From assembly GCA_040080145.1 (NCBI GenBank), contig JBEBJA010000069.1, forward strand, positions 1,620-65,619: a stretch of 64,000 nucleotides of DNA. The letters are read 5' to 3'. Position numbers and translations under genes: made by a program. Shown piece after piece: positions 45,511 to 55,007 of the stretch. This DNA is from Hyphomicrobiaceae bacterium. GTDB lineage: Bacteria; Pseudomonadota; Alphaproteobacteria; Rhizobiales; Hyphomicrobiaceae. Numbering within the stretch: position 1 is the first letter of the stretch; each line of letters begins with the position of its first letter. The notes under the pieces are model-generated. The model saw nothing but the letters and a program-made list of their open reading frames with translations, ran no database searches and had not been told where the DNA came from.

Positions 45511-46569
45511 ATGCCCACCCCCTGGATGATCTACGGCGCGAACGGCTACACGGGCGAATTGATTGCTCGCGAAGCCGCCCGCCGCGGCATGAAACCCACT
45601 CTCGCCGGCCGCACCGCCGCCAAGCTCGAACCCCTCGCCGCAGCACTCGGCCTGCCCTTTAAAGCCTTCGCCCTCGACAACCCTGTCGCGATTGAGCATG
45701 CCATCGGTGGCATGTTTCTCGTCCTCCACTGCGCCGGCCCGTTCTCTAAAACCGCCGCCCCCATGATGGCCGCCTGCATCAATCAGCGCGCTCACTACCT
45801 TGACATTACCGGAGAAATCGCCGTCTTCGAGCACGCCCAAACCCTCGACAAGGCCGCCCGCGCCTCCGGCATCGTAATCTGCCCCGGAGCAGGCTTCGAC
45901 GTGATCCCAACGGACTGCATCGCCGCGCGCCTCAAGGCAGCGCTCCCCGACGCAACCCATTTGGCCCTCGGCTTTGACAGCCGTTCGGGCTTTTCCCCCG
46001 GCACCGCCAAAACCTCCGTCGAAGGCCTGGGTGCCGGCGGCAAAGTCCGCATACGCGGCGAAATAAAATCGGTCCCGCTCGCTTATAAAACCCGCCGCAT
46101 CGACTTCGGCGCGGGCGAAAAACGCGCCATGACGATTCCCTGGGGTGACATCTCCACCGCTTTTGCGACCACGCAGATCCCCAACATTGAATGTTATATT
46201 CCCGGCTCGCCGCGCATGATCGCCAATGCCCGCCGCGCAAACTGGTTACGCTGGCTCTTAAAGCTCGGCCCGGTCCAGGCCGTGCTGAAGCGCCGGATCG
46301 AAAAAACCGTACAGGGCCCCACTGAAACCACCAGGCAAGCGTCCGAGACCTACGTCTGGGGCGAAGTCACCAACGCCCGTGGCGACACCAAAACCGCCCG
46401 CATCAAAACTGCTAACGGTTACGCCCTCACCGTCACCGGTTCCCTCGCTCTCGTCGAACACCTCCAAACCAATAAAGGCGTCGAAGGCGGCACCTGCACC
46501 CCGTCCCAGCTCGCCGGCTCCGCCCTGATCAACCGCCTCCCCGGCTCCGGCCCCCTCACGATTTCCTGA
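45511..46569 (+). CDS. saccharopine dehydrogenase-like NAD(P)-binding oxidoreductase
   Basis: MIYGANGYTGELIAREAARRG Rossmann N-terminus with family-like length. Confidence 0.75.
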   Translation: MPTPWMIYGANGYTGELIAREAARRGMKPTLAGRTAAKLEPLAAALGLPFKAFALDNPVAIEHAIGGMFLVLHCAGPFSKTAAPMMAACINQRAHYLDITGEIAVFEHAQTLDKAARASGIVICPGAGFDVIPTDCIAARLKAALPDATHLALGFDSRSGFSPGTAKTSVEGLGAGGKVRIRGEIKSVPLAYKTRRIDFGAGEKRAMTIPWGDISTAFATTQIPNIECYIPGSPRMIANARRANWLRWLLKLGPVQAVLKRRIEKTVQGPTETTRQASETYVWGEVTNARGDTKTARIKTANGYALTVTGSLALVEHLQTNKGVEGGTCTPSQLAGSALINRLPGSGPLTIS

Positions 46570-46599
46570 GACCACGCCGCAATCGGCAGCACGTCGAGC

Positions 46600-46810
46600 A
46601 GAAGAGTCTTTCCGGAAAAGAGCTTTGCGATTTTCTTTGATGGAACCATTGAAATCATGGAGAAACTTTGCGGACAGACTCTAGAGTGCTTCCGGAAAAG
46701 CATGCCCCCGCGAAGGCGGGGGTGGGAACCGGTTTTCCGAAAAGAAGCACGACCAAACAGAGGCTTAGGGTCCGACTTTGATTCCATTAAAGTCAGACGG
46801 ACCCTAAGCC
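46600..46810. repeat. composite intergenic element with three TTCCG(G)AAAAG motifs and two hairpins
   Basis: TTCCGGAAAAG at about 46610 and 46690, TTCCGAAAAG at about 46735. CCCCCGC-GAAG-GCGGGGG hairpin at about 46706-46723. Long hairpin at 46762-46810 (GGCTTAGGGTCCG pairs with CGGACCCTAAGCC). Confidence 0.4.
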
Positions 46811-47490
46811 GCGATGGAATAACATCCCCCGGTATAGAATGCTGGAATGGGCGATAGGCAAAACTTTCCAGCCTCAATCACCGCTTGGGTCCGGGATGCC
46901 ACGTTCAATTTCAACAGTATCTTGCTCACGTGAGCCTTGACTGTACTTTCGCCCACGTGAAGTTCGAATGCGATCTGCTTGTTAAGCAACCCCTCGCACA
47001 ACAACTGAAGCACGCGAAGTTCTTGAGGCGTAAGACAATTCAACCTGCGGATGGCTGTTTGCAATTCATTCTCTGAAACATCCTTCGGGGGGAAATAACA
47101 CTCCGGGAGTGCGATGCCGCCATCAAGGACGCACGATATTGATCGCAATATGGAATTTCTTTTCTCAGATTTTGGAATAAAGCCAGACGCGCCGCAGGCC
47201 ATCGACTGGTGAATCACGTTGTGATCTTCAAAAGCCGAAATTACGATAATCGGAGTCCGGGGGCATTGCCGCCGAAGCTCTATAATGCCGCTGAGCCCGT
47301 GATTGTCTGGCAACCAAAGGTCCAGCATGACGAGATCGAAAGTGCTTTTTTCGTAAGCATTTTTTGCTTCGTATATCGAGCATGCATGCTCGAATTCGAT
47401 GGCGGGCAGGGCGCTGCGAATTGCGGTCTGTAAGGCCTCTGCAAACATCGGATGGTCGTCGACGATAAGGAAGTTTTGCGCCATCGCCAT
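46804..47490 (-). CDS. LuxR/FixJ(NarL)-family response regulator
   Basis: Receiver domain LIVDDHP...DLVMLDLWLPD. C-terminal LuxR HTH LTPQELRVLQLLCEGLLNKQIA. Confidence 0.85.
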   Translation of the reverse strand: MAMAQNFLIVDDHPMFAEALQTAIRSALPAIEFEHACSIYEAKNAYEKSTFDLVMLDLWLPDNHGLSGIIELRRQCPRTPIIVISAFEDHNVIHQSMACGASGFIPKSEKRNSILRSISCVLDGGIALPECYFPPKDVSENELQTAIRRLNCLTPQELRVLQLLCEGLLNKQIAFELHVGESTVKAHVSKILLKLNVASRTQAVIEAGKFCLSPIPAFYTGGCYSIAA

Positions 47491-47614
47491 CCCTGGGAAA
47501 CCTACAGACCATCGTAAAACAGGGATAAGGTTACAGATAGTGCGCTGCAACAGGACTATAGTGCAGTGCGACATTGTGCATGCTGTGATGGAGCGTTAGC
47601 GCGCCTCCCTTGGC

Positions 47615-48640
47615 TCAGGCTAATTCGGCAAAACCGATCAACTTATGCCGGTCCTCGTCCCACAGTTTCAATCGCACGCACGCGAGGCTCTGCCAAAGCG
47701 TAATTCGGTTGATCGACTTGAATTCGGGGATCGCGTCGAGGCAGGCGTTAAGCCGGTAGTTCGGAATCCGCCCGTTGAGGTGGTGGATGTGGTGCAGGCC
47801 TATGTGGCCGGTGAACCAGTTGATGACCGGCGGCAAGACGTAATATGAGCTACCGCACACGGCGGCATTCTTGAACTGCCAGCCGGTTGAGTGCTCCCAA
47901 TACGTGCCCTCGAATTGGTGTTGAACAAAGAACAGCCATCCCCCGGCGGCTGCTGCAATGAATACAATGGGGATGACGATCAAGGCCACTTCGGTCGCGC
48001 CAAACACATAGCCAAGCGACCCGTAAAAAGCGATCATCGCCAGATCGAGCGCGACCACGCTCTTCCAGCAATCGCGCGCGGGAAAGCCGTGAGTCCAAGG
48101 CAGCCGCTGCAGCACCAGAAAATACAACGGCGTACCGAAACCAAACAGAAACAGCGGATTGCGGTAGAGGCGATACCACAGGCGGCCGAACGTCGACAGC
48201 GCCTGATATTCCTTGACCGTCAGCGTCGTGATATCGCCAACGCCGCGCTTTTCGAGGTTGCCGCAACTGGCGTGATGGAATGCGTGCTCGCGCTTCCACA
48301 GCCCATAGGGCGTCATCGTGAACACCGACAGAATGCGCCCGCACAAATCATTGGCGGTCCGTGTCGGAAAAAACGAGTCATGCCCGCAATCGTGCTGGAA
48401 AATGAACAGCCGCACGACCAGAAGGGCCGCCGGAACCGCGAGCAGCAGCGTCAGCCACAGCGCATCATGGACCGTCGCAAACATGGCCGAAACGACCGCG
48501 AGCAGTAACACAGCCGTGACCGCCAGTTGCCCCAATGCATGCCGGGCATCGCCCCCGGCAAAGGCGGTGCATTGCTTCGCCAGATGATCGAGCTTTGCCG
48601 TCAGATCTGCAGTCCCAAAGTCGTGATCGTTCGCCAGCAT
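47615..48640 (-). CDS. membrane fatty-acid desaturase family protein
   Basis: His boxes HDCGH, HAFHH and HHIHH. Confidence 0.85.
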   Translation of the reverse strand: MLANDHDFGTADLTAKLDHLAKQCTAFAGGDARHALGQLAVTAVLLLAVVSAMFATVHDALWLTLLLAVPAALLVVRLFIFQHDCGHDSFFPTRTANDLCGRILSVFTMTPYGLWKREHAFHHASCGNLEKRGVGDITTLTVKEYQALSTFGRLWYRLYRNPLFLFGFGTPLYFLVLQRLPWTHGFPARDCWKSVVALDLAMIAFYGSLGYVFGATEVALIVIPIVFIAAAAGGWLFFVQHQFEGTYWEHSTGWQFKNAAVCGSSYYVLPPVINWFTGHIGLHHIHHLNGRIPNYRLNACLDAIPEFKSINRITLWQSLACVRLKLWDEDRHKLIGFAELA

Positions 48641-48689
48641 GGGCAGAATCTCCTAACATTTCCAATTTTCGTGAACCGCCAAACCGCCA

Positions 48690-49880
48690 TCAGGTCCGGG
48701 AGGCTTCGCATTCCGTCAACGTGTGAACCATGAACGATTTGACCGGCGGCAAGGCGTTGCCGATCCGCAGCAGGGCGTGCCGCGCCAGATGAGCGAGCGG
48801 CCCGCTTCCGGTGTAAAGCCCAACCATTGCGTTGGTCGCCAGGTAGAGCGGATAGGTCGACCGGCGGTGCGTCGTGTCATAGGCAGCGAGCACCCGGTCC
48901 GCCGCGAAGTCGCCGCCCGCGTCCTTGGTCTTGCGCATTTCGCAGGCCAGGGTTTCGGCACCGCGAAGGCCGAAGTTGAACCCGTGCGCGGTGACCGGAT
49001 GCATGCCAACCGCCGCATCGCCCACCAATGCAAACCGGCGCGCAAAAAACGCATGCGCATAGACCGCAACAAGCGGATAGGCGTAACGCTCACCCAGAAG
49101 TTCCATGCGGCCCCACTGTCCGCGAAACCGGCGCTCGATATCCAGCGCGAAAGCATCCCGAGCTTGCGCCAATGCGGCAGGCGCAGCACGCGACGGCAGC
49201 GTCAACACAATCGACGACGTACGATCCCGAAGCGGCAGCACCGCGAGCGTCTGCTCGGTGTCGAACCACTCATACGCCGTTTCGTCATGCGCGTTCTCGT
49301 GCGTCATCTGGCACACGATGCAGACGCGCCCGAAATCGCGCAGGTCTGCGCCGATGCCGGCTCTGCGCCGCGTCTCCGAAAACCGGCTGTCGGCAGCAAC
49401 GACCAGCGACGCTTCGATTGTGGCCCCCGATGACAGCGTGAGTGCCGGACGCGCCGCCGCTAGATCAAGCCCCGTGACGCTGATCCCAGTCGCAAGGTCA
49501 ATCGAGGCTTGTTGTCTGGCCTGCCGGTAGAGTGCCCGGCGGATCACGTGATTGCTGACCAGATACCCGAGCGCATCAGCCCCAGTTCCCGCAGAGTCCA
49601 GCTTCAAGAGGTCGGCAGACGATCCATTGCGAACGCAGGCCCGCCTGATCGGCGCGATTTCCTCAGGCCCAAGGCCATCCCACACATTCAGACGCTTCAG
49701 GCTTTGCACCGACCGGTGGGTCAACGCGATGTCGCGTCCGTCGCGCGGCGGGTCGGCTAGAACCGCCTCCGCTTCCTTTTCAACAACGGCAACACGCAAG
49801 CCCAGCGAACTTGCAAGACACGCAAACGAAAGCCCAGCCGGTCCCGCCCCAACAATCGCAACGTCGTAACTGATCCGCAT
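48690..49880 (-). CDS. FAD-dependent monooxygenase, UbiH/UbiF/VisC/Coq6 family
   Basis: YDVAIVGAGPAGLS Rossmann motif and GDAAVGMHPVTAHGFN motif. Confidence 0.85.
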   Translation of the reverse strand: MRISYDVAIVGAGPAGLSFACLASSLGLRVAVVEKEAEAVLADPPRDGRDIALTHRSVQSLKRLNVWDGLGPEEIAPIRRACVRNGSSADLLKLDSAGTGADALGYLVSNHVIRRALYRQARQQASIDLATGISVTGLDLAAARPALTLSSGATIEASLVVAADSRFSETRRRAGIGADLRDFGRVCIVCQMTHENAHDETAYEWFDTEQTLAVLPLRDRTSSIVLTLPSRAAPAALAQARDAFALDIERRFRGQWGRMELLGERYAYPLVAVYAHAFFARRFALVGDAAVGMHPVTAHGFNFGLRGAETLACEMRKTKDAGGDFAADRVLAAYDTTHRRSTYPLYLATNAMVGLYTGSGPLAHLARHALLRIGNALPPVKSFMVHTLTECEASRT

Positions 49881-50004
49881 GCGCCCCCCGTTCACAGGTG
49901 CGCAACCTAAACGGCTTTACCGCCAGCCATTTGAGTGAGGTCAAGCGCTCCCGCCCCGCCTTGTCGCAGCCGCCGCCATCTCAGGCCCCGATATGGGCCG
50001 GCGG

Positions 50005-50691
50005 CTACCCCTGCGCCTTTTGCCCGTACGACTTGAACTTATCGAGCACCACCGCCATCTCGGCCTCGCTCAACACATGCGCGGGCCCAACCGACAGCAC
50101 CTTCAAATACTGCTCGGCCAAAAGTTCGACTTCGCTGGCCAGCTCGAGCGCCGCCGCCAAATCCACACCTAATGCCACCACCCCGTGATTGGCCATCAAA
50201 CACGCATCCCGCACAGCCACCCCCTTGGCTACCAGAACCGCCAGCTCCTGCGTCCCAAACGTCGCGTACGGCACGAGTGGAATGTCCGTCCCGCCCGCCG
50301 CCGCCACCATGTAGTGAAACGCCGGAATCCCCCGGTGCGCGCAAGCCAGCACCGTCGCGTTCAACGAATGCGTATGGACGAGCGCGTTGCGGTCGGGTCG
50401 CGCCGCATAGGCCGCCAGATGAAAGTGCCACTCGCTCGACGGCTTCCGGCTGCCTATCCGCACGCTGCCGTCATGCGCCATATACGCAATGTCATCCGGA
50501 CCGATCTCGTCATACGCCATGCCCGACGGCGTAATCAGCATCCCCTCGCCAAAACGCATGGAGACATTGCCCGAGCGTCCCGGTGATAGCTTCTGCCGCG
50601 ACATGGCCAGCGCCGTCGCAACCACGGCCTGACGCGCCTCCAACTCGCCTCGTTTGGCCCCGCTTCGTCCAGAAGTCTTCGTCTGTGCCAT
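50005..50691 (-). CDS. class II aldolase/adducin-family protein (Ald2- or MtnB-like)
   Basis: GNVSMR, HTHS and HGVVALG motifs. Lies 3 nt downstream of mtnA. Confidence 0.8.
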   Translation of the reverse strand: MAQTKTSGRSGAKRGELEARQAVVATALAMSRQKLSPGRSGNVSMRFGEGMLITPSGMAYDEIGPDDIAYMAHDGSVRIGSRKPSSEWHFHLAAYAARPDRNALVHTHSLNATVLACAHRGIPAFHYMVAAAGGTDIPLVPYATFGTQELAVLVAKGVAVRDACLMANHGVVALGVDLAAALELASEVELLAEQYLKVLSVGPAHVLSEAEMAVVLDKFKSYGQKAQG

Positions 50692-50693
50692 GC

Positions 50694-51812
50694 CTATGCC
50701 GTCTGCTTATTGGCAGCCGCCTGCGCCCGCTCGGGATAGAGCGACGCCAGCCCCGCCGTATCCGCGCTGCAAACCCCGCGCTCGGTAATGAACCCGGTCA
50801 CGAGCCGGGCAGGTGTTACGTCAAACGCTGGATTTCCGGCAGGCGACCCCGGTGCACCGATCTCGCTGACGACAACCGCCCCGCTCGCCAGCCGTCCTTG
50901 GATCTTTAAAACTTCATCCCCCGAGCGTTCCTCGATAGGAATGTCGCGCCCGTTGTCGAGCGTCCAGTCGATGGTCGAAAACGGCAGCGCCACATAGAAC
51001 GGCACGCCGGTATCCTGCGCCGCCAATGCTTTGAGATAGGTGCCGATCTTGTTGGCGACATCGCCGTTGCGCGTAACCCGGTCCGTTCCCACAATGCAAA
51101 GATCAACCGCGCCCTGCTGCATGTAGTGGCCGCCCGCGTTATCGCAGATGATCGTATGCGGCACGCCATGCGCGCCAAGCTCGAACGCCGTCAGAAACGC
51201 CCCTTGATTGCGCGGCCGCGTTTCGTCGACCCACACATGAACTTCGATGCCCTTGTTGTGTGCGTGATAGATCGGCGACGTAGCCGTTCCCCAATCCACA
51301 CACGCCAGCCAACCGGCATTGCAGTGGGTAAGAATGTTGACCGGCTCACCCGGCTTTTTCTTGGCAGCAATTGCCTCAATCAAACCAAGTCCATGCACCC
51401 CGATCCGGCGGCAATTTTCGACATCCTCGTCACAAATCTCCCCCGCCCGCGCGTACGCCGCCGCCGCCCGCCGTGCAGGCGAAAACATCCGCAGCGTCGT
51501 GCTCATTTCGTTGAGGGCCCAGGCCAGATTGATCGCTGTCGGCCGCTGCTTGGCCAGATGCGCAATTGCATGATCAAGGCAGGCGTCTGATGGATCGGAC
51601 CGCATGGCAAGTGCCACGCCGTAAGCAGCTGTCGCCCCGATCAGCGGCGCGCCGCGCACCTGCATGATCGCGATTGCGCGCGCCGCCTGCTCCATGCTCG
51701 ACAATGCAAGCATCTCGAATCTGAACGGCAGCAGCGTCTGATCAATGATCTCGACCGACCAAGTGTCGGGCCGCAACCGGATGGTACGATGATGGCGGCC
51801 ATTGATCTTCAT
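50694..51812 (-). CDS. mtnA: S-methyl-5-thioribose-1-phosphate isomerase
   Basis: [22 protein letters not shown] and CNAGWLA motifs. Start at the ATG at 51812. Confidence 0.9.
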   Translation of the reverse strand: MKINGRHHRTIRLRPDTWSVEIIDQTLLPFRFEMLALSSMEQAARAIAIMQVRGAPLIGATAAYGVALAMRSDPSDACLDHAIAHLAKQRPTAINLAWALNEMSTTLRMFSPARRAAAAYARAGEICDEDVENCRRIGVHGLGLIEAIAAKKKPGEPVNILTHCNAGWLACVDWGTATSPIYHAHNKGIEVHVWVDETRPRNQGAFLTAFELGAHGVPHTIICDNAGGHYMQQGAVDLCIVGTDRVTRNGDVANKIGTYLKALAAQDTGVPFYVALPFSTIDWTLDNGRDIPIEERSGDEVLKIQGRLASGAVVVSEIGAPGSPAGNPAFDVTPARLVTGFITERGVCSADTAGLASLYPERAQAAANKQTA

Positions 51813-52004
51813 ATGACGTTTCCTTGAAGGGCGGTGACGCCCTTCACACACCTTGGATGAAGCCACCAGCGAACGGCTGACCGCCAAGGTATATTAAGAA
51901 CTGATTGTGACAGTTCTTATGGGCACCAATATGTGCCCCAGGTGTCGTCCGGTCTGCGGCCAACGTCAAGCCCAGTCAAACGCCGGCGGGGTTGGTAATT
52001 GCGA

Positions 52005-53141
52005 TCAAAAAGCCTCGCCCTCATAGGGCGTAACCTTGCAATCCATGCCGCGCGTCGCCAGCGTCTTGCAGATTTTCTTTGCATCCGCAGCCGTCTTCAC
52101 GGGGCCGGCGATGAGGTCATATGTTTGGCCAGCCGCCACCGTTCCCGTCGACGTAACCCGCGGTGCAAGTTTCGCCAGCGTATCGGCGTGCTGGGTCGAT
52201 AAAATCGACCAATTATAGCGGATATCGTCGAGCGACGACCCCGACCCCAGCTGCACCGCAAATGGCTTGGCTTCGGCCTTCACCACCGCCGGACCAAACC
52301 CGATAGGCGTCAGCGCAGGTGCTGCGGCCTGCTGCGCGGTCGCCGCCGCTGTCACCGCCGGATGCACTTGACCCGGAGTAGCAGGCACCTGCGCCGATCC
52401 CGCTATCGCCTTTGGCAACTGACCAGCCATTTTTCCCGCCGCGCCTGCCGCCGCTGGAATGCTGCCCGTTTCAATCGGGGTCACCATCTTTTCGAGCGCG
52501 GGCGGTGCCAGCTTGATCGCGCGCGGTTCGGCTTGCCCTTGCGCTGTCTCCTGCACGCCGCCAACTTTCACCGCCGCCGGAACCGCAACTGTCGCCTCTG
52601 GCACCACCTGCGCGACACTGACCGGCGCCGCACCGCTCTTGGCCAGCGCAAGGCCCGTTGTCATCGACATCCGCTCTTCAATTGCCGACAGCCCAGCGAT
52701 AACGCCAGCATCTTGCTTACGCACTTCCATCTCGGCTCGCACCCGTCCGACGTCGCGCTGGAAATCACCCAGATTATGCCGCAGGGTTGCAAGCTCGGCC
52801 TGTAGCGCAGCGTTAGGTACTGCCACCGGCGTTATCGGCCCGTCCGCCACAAATTTAGGCATATTGATCACATGAAGGCTGACCTGCGTCAGATAAGCCC
52901 CTGCGACGCACGTCAGGCCTGCCCAAAGTGCAAGATATCCGCGCGGAAGCGCTGGCTTGCTCGATCCGAGCGCGGTTGCAGGTGTTTGCGTGCTGTCGAT
53001 GGCCGGAGCGTCGAACATGAATGCCGCCTCTTGTAAATCGCTTAGAGGATCAGGTGCTGATCCTGGAAATTCGCCTGATTGCTGAAATTGGTCCGCTGAG
53101 TCGCGTTGCCGGGTCAACGCTGCGTTGCCATAGCTGGGCAC
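52005..53141 (-). CDS. SPOR-domain protein, Ala/Pro-rich with one transmembrane segment
   Basis: C-terminal FAVQLGSGSSLDDIRYNW...YDLIAGPVKTAADAKKICKTL is SPOR-like. Start is uncertain: GTG at 53141 or ATG at 53018. Confidence 0.65.
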   Translation of the reverse strand: MPSYGNAALTRQRDSADQFQQSGEFPGSAPDPLSDLQEAAFMFDAPAIDSTQTPATALGSSKPALPRGYLALWAGLTCVAGAYLTQVSLHVINMPKFVADGPITPVAVPNAALQAELATLRHNLGDFQRDVGRVRAEMEVRKQDAGVIAGLSAIEERMSMTTGLALAKSGAAPVSVAQVVPEATVAVPAAVKVGGVQETAQGQAEPRAIKLAPPALEKMVTPIETGSIPAAAGAAGKMAGQLPKAIAGSAQVPATPGQVHPAVTAAATAQQAAAPALTPIGFGPAVVKAEAKPFAVQLGSGSSLDDIRYNWSILSTQHADTLAKLAPRVTSTGTVAAGQTYDLIAGPVKTAADAKKICKTLATRGMDCKVTPYEGEAF

Positions 53142-53167
53142 TCATCCTGTGGATGAACCAATGCTGA

Positions 53168-53246
53168 CTAGTGTAGCGCACCTGACGTTTGGTACCCGCG
53201 AGCGGCTCGTCTCAGAACCAAACGTCAGGTGCTAAAGCTACACTAG
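53168..53246. repeat. long imperfect inverted repeat (hairpin 1)
   Basis: CTAGTGTAGC-GCACCTGACGTTTGGT pairs with ACCAAACGTCAGGTGC-TAAA-GCTACACTAG. Confidence 0.8.
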
Positions 53247-53263
53247 AATCATAGGGTTGCTAG

Positions 53264-53332
53264 TGTTCCTTATGGTTCTGACATTTGCTCAAAACCTAGC
53301 CGCACCGGGAAGCAAATGTCAGAACCGGAACA
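53264..53332. repeat. long imperfect inverted repeat (hairpin 2), related in sequence to hairpin 1
   Basis: TGTTCC-TTAT-GGTTCTGACATTTGC pairs with GCAAATGTCAGAACC-GGAACA. Preceded by CTAGTGT, as in hairpin 1. Confidence 0.8.
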
Positions 53333-53528
53333 CGAGCGCAGGGCTGAATGCCCGCGCCGCTCGTTAGCCAATTTAAAGCGATTGCAAGCTAATGTCTGAG
53401 CCGTGCAACGCGGTGAAAGCGTTTCGCCTGGAACTGTTGACCAACTTGCGCTTTGTTAACGCTTGCCGGTATGAACCCGCTCGGTTTTGTCATTACGTGC
53501 GCCTAACTGCCTTTATCCGGGAACCTCA

Positions 53529-54893
53529 ATGACTGCATCATCGTCCAAACGTCAGCTGCTCATTATCGTGCTCGCCGCCGGCAAAGGCACACGCATGAAA
53601 TCGGCGATGCCGAAAGTTCTGCACGCCGTCGGCGGCCGCTCCATGCTGGGTCACGTTCTGGCGCTGAGCGAATGCGTACAGGCCGATAAGTTAGCCGTCG
53701 TGATCGGCCCCGGCATGGACACCGTTGCCAAGGAAGTCGCCAAGCTCGCCCCCAACGCCGCCGTTTATATCCAGCACAACCAGCGCGGCACCGCTGATGC
53801 AGTCCTTGCCGCCCGCGAAGCAATGGCTGGCTGGCAGGGCGACACCCTCGTCCTTTACGCGGATACGCCCCTCATCCAGGCGCCAACCATCTTCAAGCTG
53901 CGCGAGGCGCTGGCCGCCGGTGCCGGCGTCGCAGTCCTCGGTTTCAATGCCGCCGATCCCACCGGCTATGGCCGCCTCCTCACCGATACCGGCGGCCAGC
54001 TCGTTGCCATCCGCGAAGAAAAGGACGCGAGCGCCGATGAACGCGCCGTGCGCCTCTGCAACTCGGGCGTAATGGCATTTGCCCTCGAAGACACCGTCGC
54101 CGTCCTCGAATCCGTCGGCAATGCCAATGCCAAGGGCGAGTACTACCTGACCGACGCCGTCGAGATTGCCCGCGCCAACGGTGCCAAGACCGCCGTCGTC
54201 GTCTGCCCCGAGACGGAAGTGCTCGGCGTAAATGCCCGCGATCAACTCGCCGTCGCCGAACACCTTTATCAATCCGCCGCCCGCGCCCGCGCAATGGCCG
54301 ATGGCGCAACCCTGATCGCACCTGAAACCGTCTGGTTCAGCTACGACACCCGCATCGGCGGCGACGTCATCATCGAGCCCAACGTCTTCTTCGGCCCCGG
54401 CGTGACCGTCGCCGATAATGTGCATATTCGAGCCAACTGCCACATTGAGGGCGCGTCCATCGGTGAGGGTGCCCGGATCGGTCCATTCGCGCGCCTCCGG
54501 CCGGGTGCAAAACTGGGCCACGACGTCCACATCGGCAATTTCGTCGAGGTCAAAAATGTCGCCATGGCCGCCGGATCCAAAGCCAATCATCTGGCCTACG
54601 TTGGCGACGGCAGCGTTGGCGCAGGTGCCAACATCGGCGCAGGAACCATTTTCTGCAACTACGACGGCTTCAACAAGCACCGCACCGAAATCGGCGACGG
54701 CGCATTCATAGGCTCGAATTCCTCGCTCGTCGCCCCCGTCAAAATTGGCGCCGGTGCCTACGTCGGCTCGGGCAGCGTGATCACCAAAAACGTCTCGCCG
54801 GGCAGCCTCGCGGTGGAACGCTCAGCTCAGGAAGAGCGCCCTGGTTGGGCGGAGAAATTCCGCACCATGATGGGTCGCCGTAATAAAACGTGA
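53529..54893 (+). CDS. glmU: bifunctional UDP-N-acetylglucosamine pyrophosphorylase / glucosamine-1-phosphate N-acetyltransferase
   Basis: LAAGKGTRMKS motif and C-terminal hexapeptide repeats. Start at the ATG at 53529. Confidence 0.95.
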   Translation: MTASSSKRQLLIIVLAAGKGTRMKSAMPKVLHAVGGRSMLGHVLALSECVQADKLAVVIGPGMDTVAKEVAKLAPNAAVYIQHNQRGTADAVLAAREAMAGWQGDTLVLYADTPLIQAPTIFKLREALAAGAGVAVLGFNAADPTGYGRLLTDTGGQLVAIREEKDASADERAVRLCNSGVMAFALEDTVAVLESVGNANAKGEYYLTDAVEIARANGAKTAVVVCPETEVLGVNARDQLAVAEHLYQSAARARAMADGATLIAPETVWFSYDTRIGGDVIIEPNVFFGPGVTVADNVHIRANCHIEGASIGEGARIGPFARLRPGAKLGHDVHIGNFVEVKNVAMAAGSKANHLAYVGDGSVGAGANIGAGTIFCNYDGFNKHRTEIGDGAFIGSNSSLVAPVKIGAGAYVGSGSVITKNVSPGSLAVERSAQEERPGWAEKFRTMMGRRNKT

Positions 54894-55007
54894 ATTGTCA
54901 TATGGTCTTCCCGCAACTCAGCCTGATGCAGCGCTGACACCAGAAATTGAGCGTCGAAGGCCTCCCCAACCTCGCCCTTCCCAAATCATAACCTCAGGAC
55001 TCCCAGC

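Noticed and set aside
45209-45529. 106-aa ORF with ERKPLNN repeats.
   Set aside because: It is simply the translation of the 21-nt tandem DNA repeat. It has no SD and runs into the start of the next real gene.
51813-52004. Possible SAM-type riboswitch in the mtnA leader. On the minus strand there are several hairpins: GGGCAC/GTGCCC, AAGAACTG/CAGTTCTT, ACCTTGG/CCAAGGT, and GAAGGGCG-TCAC-CGCCCTTC just before the SD.
   Set aside because: I could not match SAM-II, SAM-V or SAM/SAH consensus elements by eye. Structure alone is insufficient, and an Infernal scan is needed.
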